In this document: piece by piece, positions 14,787 to 26,804 of the stretch | Numbering within the stretch: the stretch's first letter is position 1 | Layout: every line of letters begins with the position of its first letter | DNA from: Octopus vulgaris | Lineage: Eukaryota | Assembly (NCBI GenBank): GCA_951406725.2 | Contig: OX597828.1 | Span: forward strand, 63,488,001 to 63,552,000 | Length of the DNA: 64,000 nucleotides | Direction: 5' to 3' | Program-made: the position numbers and the translations under genes | Notes under the pieces: generated by a model | Seen by the model: only the letters and a program-made list of their open reading frames with translations | What the model was told of the DNA's origin: nothing | Database searches by the model: none

Positions 14787-15504
14787 GCGGTAATCGGGTA
14801 GTTTTCAGAGTGTACAGAAATAGAAAAGATGGTTGGGAAGACGGCGAAATAATAAAACGGATCGGTGAAATGACGTATATGGTGAAAGGTCGGAAATGGG
14901 AAGCTAAAAGACACATAAATCAACTGAAAGTGTTTGCTGAAGAAAGGATTACAATGAAAGAAGTTCTCTGCGATAGTTTTGGTGTGCCGACTTTGAAAGA
15001 AATCGTTGAACCAAGGTGTATCAGTACAAGAAAAAGAAAACAAACGGAATTGGTGGAGGCAGTTCCAAAACGAAAATATATATATATTAAGCTTCCGAGG
15101 GAAGTAAAGCTCAAAAAGGGAGATGTGGTATGGAAACAAAAATTATTCACTTCCAACGGAAGTAAATCTCAAAAGAGGAGATGTGGTGAAAGATGTTAAC
15201 ACCCCTGTATCATTAAAAGATGGACTCATCGAATTCTTATAAAGAGTAACGTTATCGTTGAGAGTGTCGCGTAGCAGAAGCCGAAGTACGTCGTGCTTGA
15301 CCTACGCCTCGTTAAATCATATATCGAAACTAAAGGATATAACAAACATACATATATTTTTCGTATTTCACATCTTTAATATACTTTATATATTGACCTG
15401 TCTTACTTGCTTGTCCCTACATTTACTTCTATACCCGCTCAAGTTTGAATCACTTGAGCACTATGAAATGTATTCTACATGGAGAATATCCGAATCTCAT
15501 CTAT

Positions 15505-15510
<6 letters not shown>
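14787..15510 (+). mobile_element. Gypsy-type LTR retrotransposon 3' end: integrase C-terminal (GPY/F-like) region, PPT and probable 3' LTR
   Basis: WEDGEIIKRIGEMTYMVKG...KRHINQLK; purine tract AAAAGAGGAGA then TGTGGT at 15182; LTR right edge uncertain. Confidence 0.7.
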
Positions 15511-15547
<37 letters not shown>

Positions 15548-15625
15548 ATTAGGGCTTAGTAAAATAAATTACTTTGCCACATACTGAACTTAGTAGAAAT
15601 AGCAATTCATTTTACCCTCAATTGT

Positions 15626-15662
<37 letters not shown>

Positions 15663-15667
<5 letters not shown>

Positions 15668-16284
15668 CATAAGGGGGATCAGCCATCTGAATGTGGCTAG
15701 GGTCAGGGCGGGGTGGTGAGGGTGTTACTGATGCATTTAGCCCCAGGCGATCATCGACGTCACCAGAAGGGCCGACACCATCTCGGTGTCCTTGCCAGCC
15801 TGCAAAGGGAGGCATCAGTAACACCCCCACCACCCCGCCCTGACCCTAGCCACATTCAGATGGCTGATCCCCCTTATGTTATAGAGCAGTTACTGTTTAT
15901 ATCTCGCTCAGAGATTTATTATTGTTTTCGAACGGATTTTCTACGCCAGTGACTGTGGTTACTGTGAAAATCCCTATATATCCAGCCTGTAGACGAAGTC
16001 ACTCAACGAAGAGCGCTGCTTACCATACGTTGACAAGAGGCAATAACCTCGAAACCGGTCCGTATGTAGTATCCGTATCTTCGGGGAGGCTGATCTCCCT
16101 TTGCAGGCTGGCAAGGACACCGAGATGGTGTCGGCCCTTCTGGTGATGTCGATGATCGCCTGGGGCTAAATGCATCAGTAAAACCCCCACCACCCCGCCC
16201 TGACCCTAGCCACATTCAGATGGCTGATCCCCCTTATGTTATAGAGCAGTTACTGTTTATATCTCGCTCAGAGATTTATTATTG

Positions 16285-16285
<1 letters not shown>
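15663..16285 (+). mobile_element. Non-autonomous ribozyme-bearing retroelement (retrozyme or PLE pLTR-like): 360-bp unit with 114-bp terminal redundancy and 5' inverted segment
   Basis: 15812-15925 matches 16172-16285 (1 mismatch); 15663-15811 is the reverse complement of about 16095-16243; HHR at 16024-16066; (TA)n on both flanks. Confidence 0.8.
16024..16066 (+). ncRNA. Minimal type I hammerhead ribozyme, U3:A8 core variant
   Basis: CATACG-TTGACAA-GAGG caataa CCTC-GAAAC-CG-GTC^-CGTATG; 6-bp stem I, 4-bp stem II, palindromic ACCGGT. Confidence 0.8.
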
Positions 16286-16372
<87 letters not shown>

Positions 16373-16409
16373 CAGAGTGGGTACAGCCTTTGGGCTAGAA
16401 CGCATAAAA

Positions 16410-16476
<67 letters not shown>

Positions 16477-16746
16477 TCTATGTATGTATAGCATAATGAA
16501 AGTAAATGGATTTCTGTTGGTTTCAGCATGGAGCATTTAAGAGGCTGTGTATTCCACACGAATCATTTATGTGACCATGAAGCAGAAGAATCCTTGTGTC
16601 ACAATGTGTGACGGCTGAAACTTTTGAATTACCATTTGATGAATCTCTGCTCAAGATGCTTTATGGTGGCATAAAATGTGAGGAGGACATGTGATTGTTA
16701 AATAAATGTCTTAACCATTTGGTCATGCTGTATGTATATATATATA

Positions 16747-18221
16747 TCCCCTGTTTTGTTCTCGGCACTTCTCCTGGAGTTGGCTGAGGACAAACACCAT
16801 ATCCGTTGTGCCTCAATTGGCTCTGAAGCCACACTGGCTCTCGGGGAGGTTTTCTTCAGCGATGGTTGGTACTAGCCTATTGAGCAGGATCCTGGCAAGT
16901 TCTTTGCCGGCGATGGAGAGTAGGGTGATTCGCCGGTAGTTGGAGCAAAACAGGGGACTCTATGCTACTTTTGTCGACCTCACAAAAGCATTTGACATAG
17001 TGAGCAGGACAGAACTATGGCTCAACCTGGAACGACTTGGCTGTCCCACCAAGTTTCTACAGATGGTGATCCAGCTGCACAAGAATAAGCGTGGTCAGAT
17101 CAGACTCAATGCTGACCTGTCGAAGCCCTTCCCCATCTCCAACGGCATGAAGCAGGGTTGTGTCCTGGCACCGACTCACTTCAGCATCTTCTTCAGCATG
17201 ATGATCAAGCATGCAACTGAAGATATGGAGTATGAGGATGGGTTTATGTTAAGTATCTAACAATCTAACGGCGCCTCCAAGCCCACACCAAAACCAAGGA
17301 GAGGCTAATCAGAGACCTTCTCTTCGCAGACGACGCTCTCCTTGTTGCCCACACAGAGCAAGCTCTGCAGCGCATCACGTCCTGCTTTGCAGACGCCTCG
17401 CGGCTCTTTGGCCAGAAGGTCAGCCTCAAGAAGACAGAGGTACTTCACCAACCTGCACCCCAAGAGGATTACCGCCCACCCCACATCACTATCTGCGGTA
17501 CCGAACTGAAATCAACTCAGCAGTTTACATACCTGGGCTGCATCATCTCATTCGATGCAAGGATCGACAAAGAAATTGAAAATAGGCTCTCTAAGGCAAA
17601 TAGGTCCTTTGGCAGATTGTACAAACGTGTTTGGGCACAATAATAACCTGAAGAACAAAACAAAGATCAGTGTCTACAGAGCCGTGGTTCTCACCACTCT
17701 TCTCTACGGCTCAGAGACCTCGATCACTTACCGCAGTTACATCCGTCTCCTCGAGCGCTTCCACCAGCGATGTCTCCGCACCAGCCTCAACATTCACTGG
17801 AGTGACTTCGTCACAAACATTGAAGTCTTGGAGCGGGCCGAGATCCTCAGCATTGAAGCCATGCTACTGAAGTACCACCTCCGATGGGCAGGGCATGTCT
17901 CCAGAATGGAGAACCATTGTCTTCCTAAGATTGTCCTGTTTGGCGAACTCTCCACCGGCCACCGAGTGAGAGGAGCTCCGAGGAAGCGCTACAAAGACTG
18001 CCTCAAGAAGTCTCTAACAGCATATCATATTAAACATCAATGCTGGTGAGACCTGGCTGCGGACCGTGATGTCTGGCGCCACACAATCTTCAACGCAGTC
18101 AGCAAGTTTGAGGAACAAAGAAGAGACGCGCTTAAAGACAAGAGAGGCAGGAGGAAGGCGCGAGACGCCTCTGATACCACACCGGATGTTACCTTCGACT
18201 GTGGACACTGCTCACGGACCT
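16747..18221 (+). mobile_element. RTE-clade LINE RT fragment with 5' inversion (16747-16942 on minus strand)
   Basis: Inverted part NYRRITLLSIAGK...LPESQCGFR...QEKCREQNRG; forward part FVDLTKAFD, GMKQGCVLAP, LLFADD, FTYLG, LRWAGHVSRM, and truncated CGHC finger. Confidence 0.95.
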
Positions 18222-18611
18222 TAATCTAATTTGCGTTGGTGTTCCAATAGCACATTGATAGAATGGAAAGATTAAAAACTGTGGTAGTAGTTGCTTTGCG
18301 CATTTCTCAATATGCTCACTAAAGGGTGTATATATATATATATAGGCAATGAATGTCTTGTACATTGTATTTCTATGTGTGTATACATTCACCATATTAT
18401 GTGGGAAATGTAACCTTTGAGCTTCATTTTTGAAGCCCAGAGGAAGCTAAGAAACCACAGGCTGATGTACAGGCACTCAGTTCAGAGTGCATTGCATAAT
18501 CTCCTCTTTCTCTTTCATTCATTCAATCAAATTTCATATGATTACACACACCCACACGCTACATATATGTATGTATATACGGTATATACAGTATATATAC
18601 ATATATATGTA

Positions 18612-18790
18612 TAAAACCGTTAATCTCTACACATTTTTTCACTCTCCGTTTTTTTCCTCTTCGTGCTTTCTGTCGAAGAGCGTGGGCTTGAAACGTCAAG
18701 GACTTTTTCATTCTTCCTGAGCGTTAAACTAATACATCTGTTTGTTGTCCCCTCACCTGCCTCCGTCTTTGTTTTCTGTAAATTTGAACT
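18612..18790 (+). mobile_element. Solo Penelope-like pLTR with CUGUCGA hammerhead variant (18666-18701)
   Basis: Homologous to 54481-54669, which terminates a GIY-YIG fragment. Confidence 0.75.
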
Positions 18791-18799
18791 ATATATATA

Positions 18800-19056
18800 C
18801 ACACCATACTAATCATATCTGTCAGGCATGTGGAAGAGAGTGTAATTCGGCAGGAGGACTTAAACGACATGCAAAGGTACATGAAGCCCAGTTACAACTA
18901 CAGCCGGCTATTACCGGTAAAGGTTTTAGTTGCCAATTCTGTACAAGACATTGTAGATCTTTAGCTGGGCTAAAAAGTCACATTCGATCATAGCACCAGT
19001 AACAGTTAAGCTTCGTGCAATGGCCATACTCGATAACGAGGGGGCAGCCATAATAA
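18800..19056 (+). mobile_element. 3' end of an RTE-type LINE encoding two C2H2 zinc fingers
   Basis: CQACGREC...GLKRHAKVH and CQFCTRHC...GLKSHIRS*, then an RTE-like 3' stem-loop CTCGATAACGAG and a short TAA tail. Confidence 0.65.
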
Positions 19057-19573
19057 TATATGTAGATATATACGTACACACACACATATAGGAAGAGCGA
19101 TAGAGGAGAAAGAGAGAAAAAGACTGAGAGAGAGAGAGCGAGAGAGAGCGAGAGAGGGCGAGAGGGAGAGGGAGAGAGAGAGGGCGAGAGGGAGAGAGAG
19201 AGATACGTGCGTAAGTCGATGTATATATATACATACGTTTTATATGTACGTGTTGCTGGTGAAATTCTCATAATGAAATATTTATAAATATTTATATATC
19301 TTTCAACTTACGTAATTAATGTTTGGCCAAAATGTTTTTTATTTATAAACTAATGCTGAAACAGGTAGACGCAGACCATTAAAGAGATATACACACGTAC
19401 GCGTGCGCAGAAATATACACAAATAGATAGAAAGAATGAGAGAGAGAGAGAGAGGGAATGGGGAAGTAGGGGAGAGTAGGAGAGAGGGAGAGAGATTACG
19501 ATTGAACACACTTAGCATAAACAATTTCCATCTCTTCACACATGGAAATAGATAGACATAGAGAGAGAGAGAG

Positions 19574-19624
<51 letters not shown>

Positions 19625-19946
19625 GGGGGCTATTAAAACGACTGATGTTAAACGAGTCAACGCCAAAAAGCAGCACCAAACCGGCTGCGCCAAAAAGTCT
19701 CTGACCCGGATTTGAAGGAGCCTGTGGGTGGTCTTGTAGGCAGCTCAAAATAGCAACGAAATCTTCTTCAAGAAATTAGACGTGTCGCGGTGTAATTAAT
19801 GGGTGAGTTGCAGGTGTGTTGTGGGGTGGGGTTGTGACGGAGGAACGAAAATGATTTTCGGTCATAAAGATACACCACGTATATTTTATGATTTTAAAAA
19901 TTTCGCAATAGGTTATGGGTTGTCATGCCACCCAAGGGTATGTCCT

Positions 19947-19979
<33 letters not shown>

Positions 19980-20298
19980 ATGTGTACATAGATACACATA
20001 CATGCAGGAATATAAATTACAGATACATTGCACAAGTAAACATTTGAACACATACGCATTAATACACACACGCGTACGCTCACACACACACACACACACA
20101 CTACTTCTCTTGGGTGGGTCTCCTACTTCATCGCATGACCTTTAACCTTTGTCTCAGTAAGATGCCTGCCATTTCTAAATGTACCCATGATAGTGCTTGC
20201 TCACACACACACACATACACACTCACACAGACAGATGTCTGTATGTATATGAGTACATCTATATATTTATATATGTAGTATGTATATATACATACATT

Positions 20299-20368
<70 letters not shown>

Positions 20369-20424
20369 TGTGTGTGTATGTATCTGTATATGTGGAATAT
20401 CTGTGTTTGTGTGTTTCAATATAA

Positions 20425-20504
<80 letters not shown>

Positions 20505-20513
20505 ATATGTGTG

Positions 20514-20563
<50 letters not shown>

Positions 20564-21006
20564 TGTGTGTATGTAGAGGTAGGTCGATTCCAACTTTTCC
20601 TCCTAGTCACGACAGGTATCGTCTATTTTACATACACGACTGATTAACTTGAGACGGCCGGGTATTATCAGGGTGGATGACACTAACTTCATTAGAAAAC
20701 ATTGCATGATGTGAGGCTGGGGTAGGAGATAGGTTGGAGGAGGAGGGTGAAAGGGAGACGAGATCCATTTAATAAAATTAGTTTATCATTGCTGATAATC
20801 TGGGTGTCACGTTTTCCTGTCATACCTATCTCGGAGACGGTTAATTAGGACAACTACGGCTATATAATAAAGATAAGACACACCGCTACAATACATACAT
20901 ACATACATACATACATACATACATACATACATACATACATACATACATACATACACACGCACACACCTACATATATATGTGTGTATATACATATATCATA
21001 TATCAT

Positions 21007-21037
<31 letters not shown>

Positions 21038-21142
21038 CATACACTTCTACGTATATTTAATATACATATAATATATATGCTTGTGCGCTTATACTGATAT
21101 TTGTCGTAGTATCTTTTTGTATATATATATATATATATATAT

Positions 21143-21545
21143 AGACGTAAGAGTGGCTGTGTGGTAAGTAGCTTGCTTACGAACCACATGGTTCCGGGTT
21201 CAGTCCCACTGCGTGGCACCTTGGGCAAGTGTCTTCTACTATAGCCTCGGGCCAACCAAAGCCTTGTGAGTGGATTTGGTAGACGGAAACTGAAGGAGGC
21301 CTGTCGTATATATGTATATATATATATATATGTATGTGTGTGTATATGTTTGTGTGTCTGTGTTTGTCCCCTTAGCATTGCTTAACAACCGATGCTGGTG
21401 TGTTTACGTCCCCGTCACTTAGCGGTTCGGCAAAAGAGACCGATAGAATAAGTACTGGGCTTACAAAAGAATAAGTCCCGGGCGGTACTCTAGATGGCCG
21501 CAGTCAAATGACTGAAACAAGTAAAAGAGTAAAAGAGTAAAGAGT
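21143..21545 (+). mobile_element. SINE, same family as 11111 (small 3' deletion)
   Basis: Colinear high identity to 11111-11518. Confidence 0.9.
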
Positions 21546-21600
21546 ATATATATGTATGTATGTATGTATCTTTAAAAAATGTTTGTGTATGTATGTGTAC

Positions 21601-21631
<31 letters not shown>

Positions 21632-21689
21632 TGTATGTATGTATGTATGTATGTATGTATGTATGTATGTATGTATGTATGTATGTATG

Positions 21690-21732
<43 letters not shown>

Positions 21733-21992
21733 GCGCGCGCGTGTGTGTACATAGTCATTTCAAGGATGTCGTGTCCTCATTAGGGATTAGTAAATCTAAA
21801 ATTTCATTGGTTTAATCTCCATCACATTAGAAGAAAACGTCCACGATATGTTTGGGATTATTATAATAAGTATTATTAATAATAAGGTAAGAAAATGGAG
21901 GGTTGAGGGTGTATAGTTAATTTATTCGTATCATAGTTTGAAGTTAGAATTTAAATACAAATAAATTTTAAAATTACAAAAGAAACTCAAAG

Positions 21993-22113
21993 AATCTACA
22001 AATGTTTCGATTCTGGTCCCTTAACAATGCATAGTTCGAAGCATTTCGATCAAATCAAGTATTAAGAATTGGTTATCATTTTAAACTGTATGGAGCAGAA
22101 TCTCTTCGGGGTT
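21993..22113 (-). ncRNA. Degenerate type I hammerhead motif with long stem II
   Basis: CCGAAGA-GATTCTG...CAGAATC-GAAAC-ATTT-GTA; U4 mutated and stem I imperfect. Confidence 0.5.
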
Positions 22114-22353
22114 TTCTGTTTTGATTTTATAAAAGGAAGGTTACATATTTCTTGAAGGGATTCAAATCAAAAACTAAGGAAGTTTTAAAAAATTATATCT
22201 TTCTTGTATATTGTGTGCATGTATTTGCAAACGTTATGATTCAAGTAAGTAAAAATTAACGATAAAATAAAAATAAATTTATGCGTGTATATATAAGTGT
22301 GTGTGTATGTGTGCGCGTGCGTATATATGTTATATATATATATATATATATAT

Positions 22354-22680
22354 GTAAATGTAAAAAAATACAAACTGGAACAAGAACGTAAAACATTTAG
22401 AAGACGATACAAAAAACACGGACGGGACATTCGAAGCCTTCAATCTTCAGTCAAGAACCGGATCATCTTCGCAATTTCGGCTGATTAATCTTGAGATTGC
22501 TCCGATCTGGCCAGCCCCAAAGGAAAATCTAAGCCAAGCGCATTAGATTCCTTGGAAGAAAGCCTCGAATGTATACAAACAAGGACGGAAAACCGGACGA
22601 TGTTACACGAATAAAAATACAAAAATACGTAAAAACAATAATGACAACACGAATAAGAATAGAAAAATACGTAAAAACAA
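22354..22680 (-). mobile_element. (TA)n-flanked structured repeat carrying a rearranged hammerhead-like domain (copy 1)
   Basis: About 200 bp shared with 59970-60186 in opposite orientation. Confidence 0.8.
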
Positions 22681-22693
22681 TATATATATATAT

Positions 22694-22747
<54 letters not shown>

Positions 22748-24124
22748 TTCTGGACTGACAGGTTGTACACTTGTCACAGTTATTACCGATTGTTTTTATA
22801 AGACATTTGAAGTTAAATCCTTAACACCGCTTCTAACTACAAACTTAATTCTTTTTGGTACAGTAAGGACAAGTCCAAGAGGTCGCCTTAGATCTCAACA
22901 CACTTACATACAAACTGGGAAGAAAAGGAAATGAAAAATTTATTTATTTCGGCGCTGGAGTAGCTGCGTGTTTAAGAAATTCGCTCTGACGTAGGTTTAC
23001 CTACGGATATAAGGGCATGATTAGGTCGCATAAACAAAAGCACTCCAAAGTGCTTGGTGTGTGCGCGTGTGTGTTGTACAGGTTATAGTATGTGTATGTT
23101 ATAAAGGAGACTTCTACCAGAGTGACAACAACAACACACAAAAAAACAACAAGACTCCATCCCCTTCTCTCTTCGTTCTTAAAGATGTGTCTTCATAAAT
23201 AAAAGTTGTCTTCATGAATTAAGAATAAAACTGTCAGAAACAGCAGATGAAGAGCAAATAACTTAAAACACGACAAAAAAAAAAAAAAGAAATACTCAAT
23301 AACTACTTCAGGGGCGGCAGAAAACCATCCCATATCTTACATGGCAATCAATGCGGTGCTGGGGAAGTTGAGCCGACAGTAATGGCATCTTCACGGGGCT
23401 AATATTTTGTTGTTGTCTCCACACTTAGTTTTTATGTTTTGCATTGATCTGGACAGTGATTTTGTGGTTGGAACTTTTATGAAGAATGGCGAATCAGGCG
23501 AATCATCCGTTTTGTTGCGTTGTCGTTGACTCTACACCTTATCTTGTATTTATTAATATTCCGCCCACCCACCCACCCACTTTTTTTTTTTTATCATGAG
23601 GTGAGTTAGAGTGCAATAGGGGTGGAAAGGTGGTTGGTAGTGAATGGTTAATTTTTTTTCTTTTTTAATTGCTGGGTCTGGAAGAGGTGTGTGTGTGTGC
23701 CCTGTGATCATCATGGCCCCTTCCGAACCGATGACGTTTCATAACGTGAATATTCTTTCTGTTTCGTTGTAATTAAGAACGTGCGAGAAAAACATGATTA
23801 GGAGGGGAAGAATTCTGGGGGCGGGGGGCGGATGATGTTCCTGGAAGGAAGGACTGAACGCAGGGATTTGTGCAGGGTTTACAGTGGGTAAGGAGGTGTT
23901 GGATACAATAAAGGTAAGAAAAAGAGGAGAGTTGAGAGTAGGAGAAAGTATCTTGTGGCATTTCATTATTTCCCGTTCTAAACACGCCAGAGTCATTTTG
24001 TTATTCACACCCCTTCTGGGGTGTGTGTGTATATATACGAACGTGATCTTCACGGTTAGAATGCTTTTGATCATATAGCTATTTGATCATGACATGGACA
24101 TCATCATCGTCGTCGTCGTCGTCG

Positions 24125-24157
<33 letters not shown>

Positions 24158-24582
24158 ACAAAAACAGCAGCAACAATGAGGCAAGCCTCTGCCTCGATGT
24201 GGAGCGTCTTTGCTCAAACGAATGCTCAATTTCAGCTGACCTTGGCCTTGGACTAAACCTCGGTAATATGGCGGTGTCTTGCGTGTTGTTCCATCCTAGC
24301 TTCAGCGCATTACGTCACTTCAAACGCCACGAGTCTGCAGCACAACGAAGTGCACCAAACTGTTGCACGTCGCGTCAGACATTACCATACCACACAATTC
24401 TTTACTACGTTATACATAAACCACACCTCATGGGGTCGCTAGACCTGTTAGATATAGCAGCCAGGAATTCCTCAAATCCCAACTTAAAGAAAAGGAGGAG
24501 GAATCATACTATGTAATACTTGATATATAAGAAGTCGCGTGAGCAACAAGCACGCACACACGTACATAAATGTATATGCAAA

Positions 24583-24618
<36 letters not shown>

Positions 24619-24629
24619 AAAAAGATCAG

Positions 24630-24836
24630 AGGTCCTTGTCGAGCCATAGGTTCGTATAACCAGTTTTCTAGATTCTGTGGCGTAAAGATATTTTACTCCG
24701 GACAGGAGGACTCTGGTCTGCGGCAGGGTTACTTATTCTTGTCAGCTGTTTTTGCTGAAGAACATAACGCGTCGCCCGGTCCAGGAATCGAAACCACAGT
24801 CATTCGATTGTCTTAACCTTAAACCACGTGCTTCAA
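24630..24836 (-). mobile_element. Decayed tRNA/CORE/V-type SINE
   Basis: GGTTTCGATTCC B box and similarity to 40567-40875. Confidence 0.6.
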
Positions 24837-24892
24837 CTTTATGTATATATATATGTGTGTATATGTGTGCTTGTGTGTATTTATATATAAAT

Positions 24893-24924
<32 letters not shown>

Positions 24925-25055
24925 GTACACACACATAAATACATAGCCACACATTCATCATCAAACTTATTATACACAGATGGACAGATGAGGAAGATGA
25001 AAAGACTTATTCAGATAAGATATAATATATAATATACAGTTGCAGCATATATGTG

Positions 25056-25126
<71 letters not shown>

Positions 25127-25387
25127 GTATATATATGTATATATATGTATATATATACGTATATACATATACACATGTATATATATATATATATATAAAG
25201 AGATAGAGAGAGAGAGAGGGAGAGAGAGAGAGAGAAAGAAAGTGAGTGTGTGAGTGAGTGAGAGATAGTGGAAGCTTTTGAGTGTGGGTAGAAATATTGC
25301 AATTTGCATGATGGGCAGGTTAATTAAATCGAATTAGCGAAGTCATTTAAGTCTGTAAGCGATTATTTATTACGGTTGGATGTGATA

Positions 25388-25419
<32 letters not shown>

Positions 25420-26804
25420 GGTGGTGAGGATGATGATGATGACGATGGTAATGATGGTGGTTGTGGTGTTGATGGTGATGCTGATGATAATGGGCTATTA
25501 CTGCAATTGTGATGGTGGTGATGAAGATGACGAAGGCAATGACGATCAGTCAAGAGCGACAATATGGCGGATGGTGGGATGCTGCTGCAGTTGACGATAG
25601 TGACGATGATGATGAGAAGGAGGAAGAAGAGGAGGAAAAGGAAGAAGAGGAGGTTAAGAATGGTTGATCATATTAGAGGGAGGAAAAAACATGTATGAAA
25701 AGACTAAATGTTCTTATAGGAATGGAAACGAAATAGATAAATAAAATGCGGTGCCCCAGCATGGCCGCAGTCTAATAAATGAAACAGGTAAAAGATAAGA
25801 GATAAAAAAAATTAATGAAAGAAAATTTTAAAATATTGATGAGGGAAAATAGAAAGAGAGACGAAACCTTCATCTGGGAATGATTTGAAGCTTGAAGTAG
25901 GACCTTCATCTGTGTCTGGTATGCTTTGATGGAAATTTGGTTCCTATTTCTCGCAAGTTGAGCAAAATCATAAAGCCATGGTGAGTCATGTGACAAGGGG
26001 TAGATGTCAGATAAATGTGCCCTTGCACAAACACACACACACACACACACACTGAAGATGACACTAGTCCCCATCTCAGGTAACATCCTTTTATAGTAAA
26101 TAGAACACGAAAACAATACAGAATAAAGTGACCTGTTCGAAAACACAAAGGACTGTCAGTGGGAATTGAATTCCCAACCCGTGGGTTGATTTCTTGAGAC
26201 CCTTAAAACACAAGTGATCCCTTATTTCTAAAAGACTCAGGCACCGCAGACATCTACTGCTTTTGTGGAGATGAGACCAGATGTATTATATCTTATCTGG
26301 AGAGCAAGACATTTATTCTCACTCACGGGTATAACTTACTCACACACATACACGCACACACACATACACACACACACACACATACATATATATGTATATA
26401 CAGAAAGAGAGAGAGAGAGGGGGTGGGGAAGAGAGAGTGTTCAGGCAAAATTGTATCTAATGACGTAATGTCATTAACGAAGGTTCAAATTGACTTACCC
26501 CCAAAAAAATTCAGACTTGAATCGGGACTAAAACACAAAGACGAGGTGTTGTGGCTGCCATGCTTAACGATCTCCCCCATTCTCCTTTCGACCCACATCT
26601 ACTAAAGTTCTCTTTTCTGCCTCGTTTTCTTCTCTTTCTGACGATGAAATCGATCGCTGCTGTCTTCGTTTGTATACCTTACATCCTTATCTCTTATGAT
26701 CTGCTCTTTTCTAGAAACTCTATCGCAACAACTCAGCAATTATCTTTCGATATACAAACGCCATGATCTAAACCGATTCCAGCCATTTGCCTCTTCATAC
26801 TCAC

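Noticed and set aside
18800-18993. Host C2H2 zinc-finger gene exon
   Set aside because: No TGEKP linker, and it is followed by an RTE-like 3' end; better explained as a LINE C-terminus.
23335-23470. Possible minus-strand exon ending at a GTAAGA donor
   Set aside because: No convincing reading frame or acceptor site.
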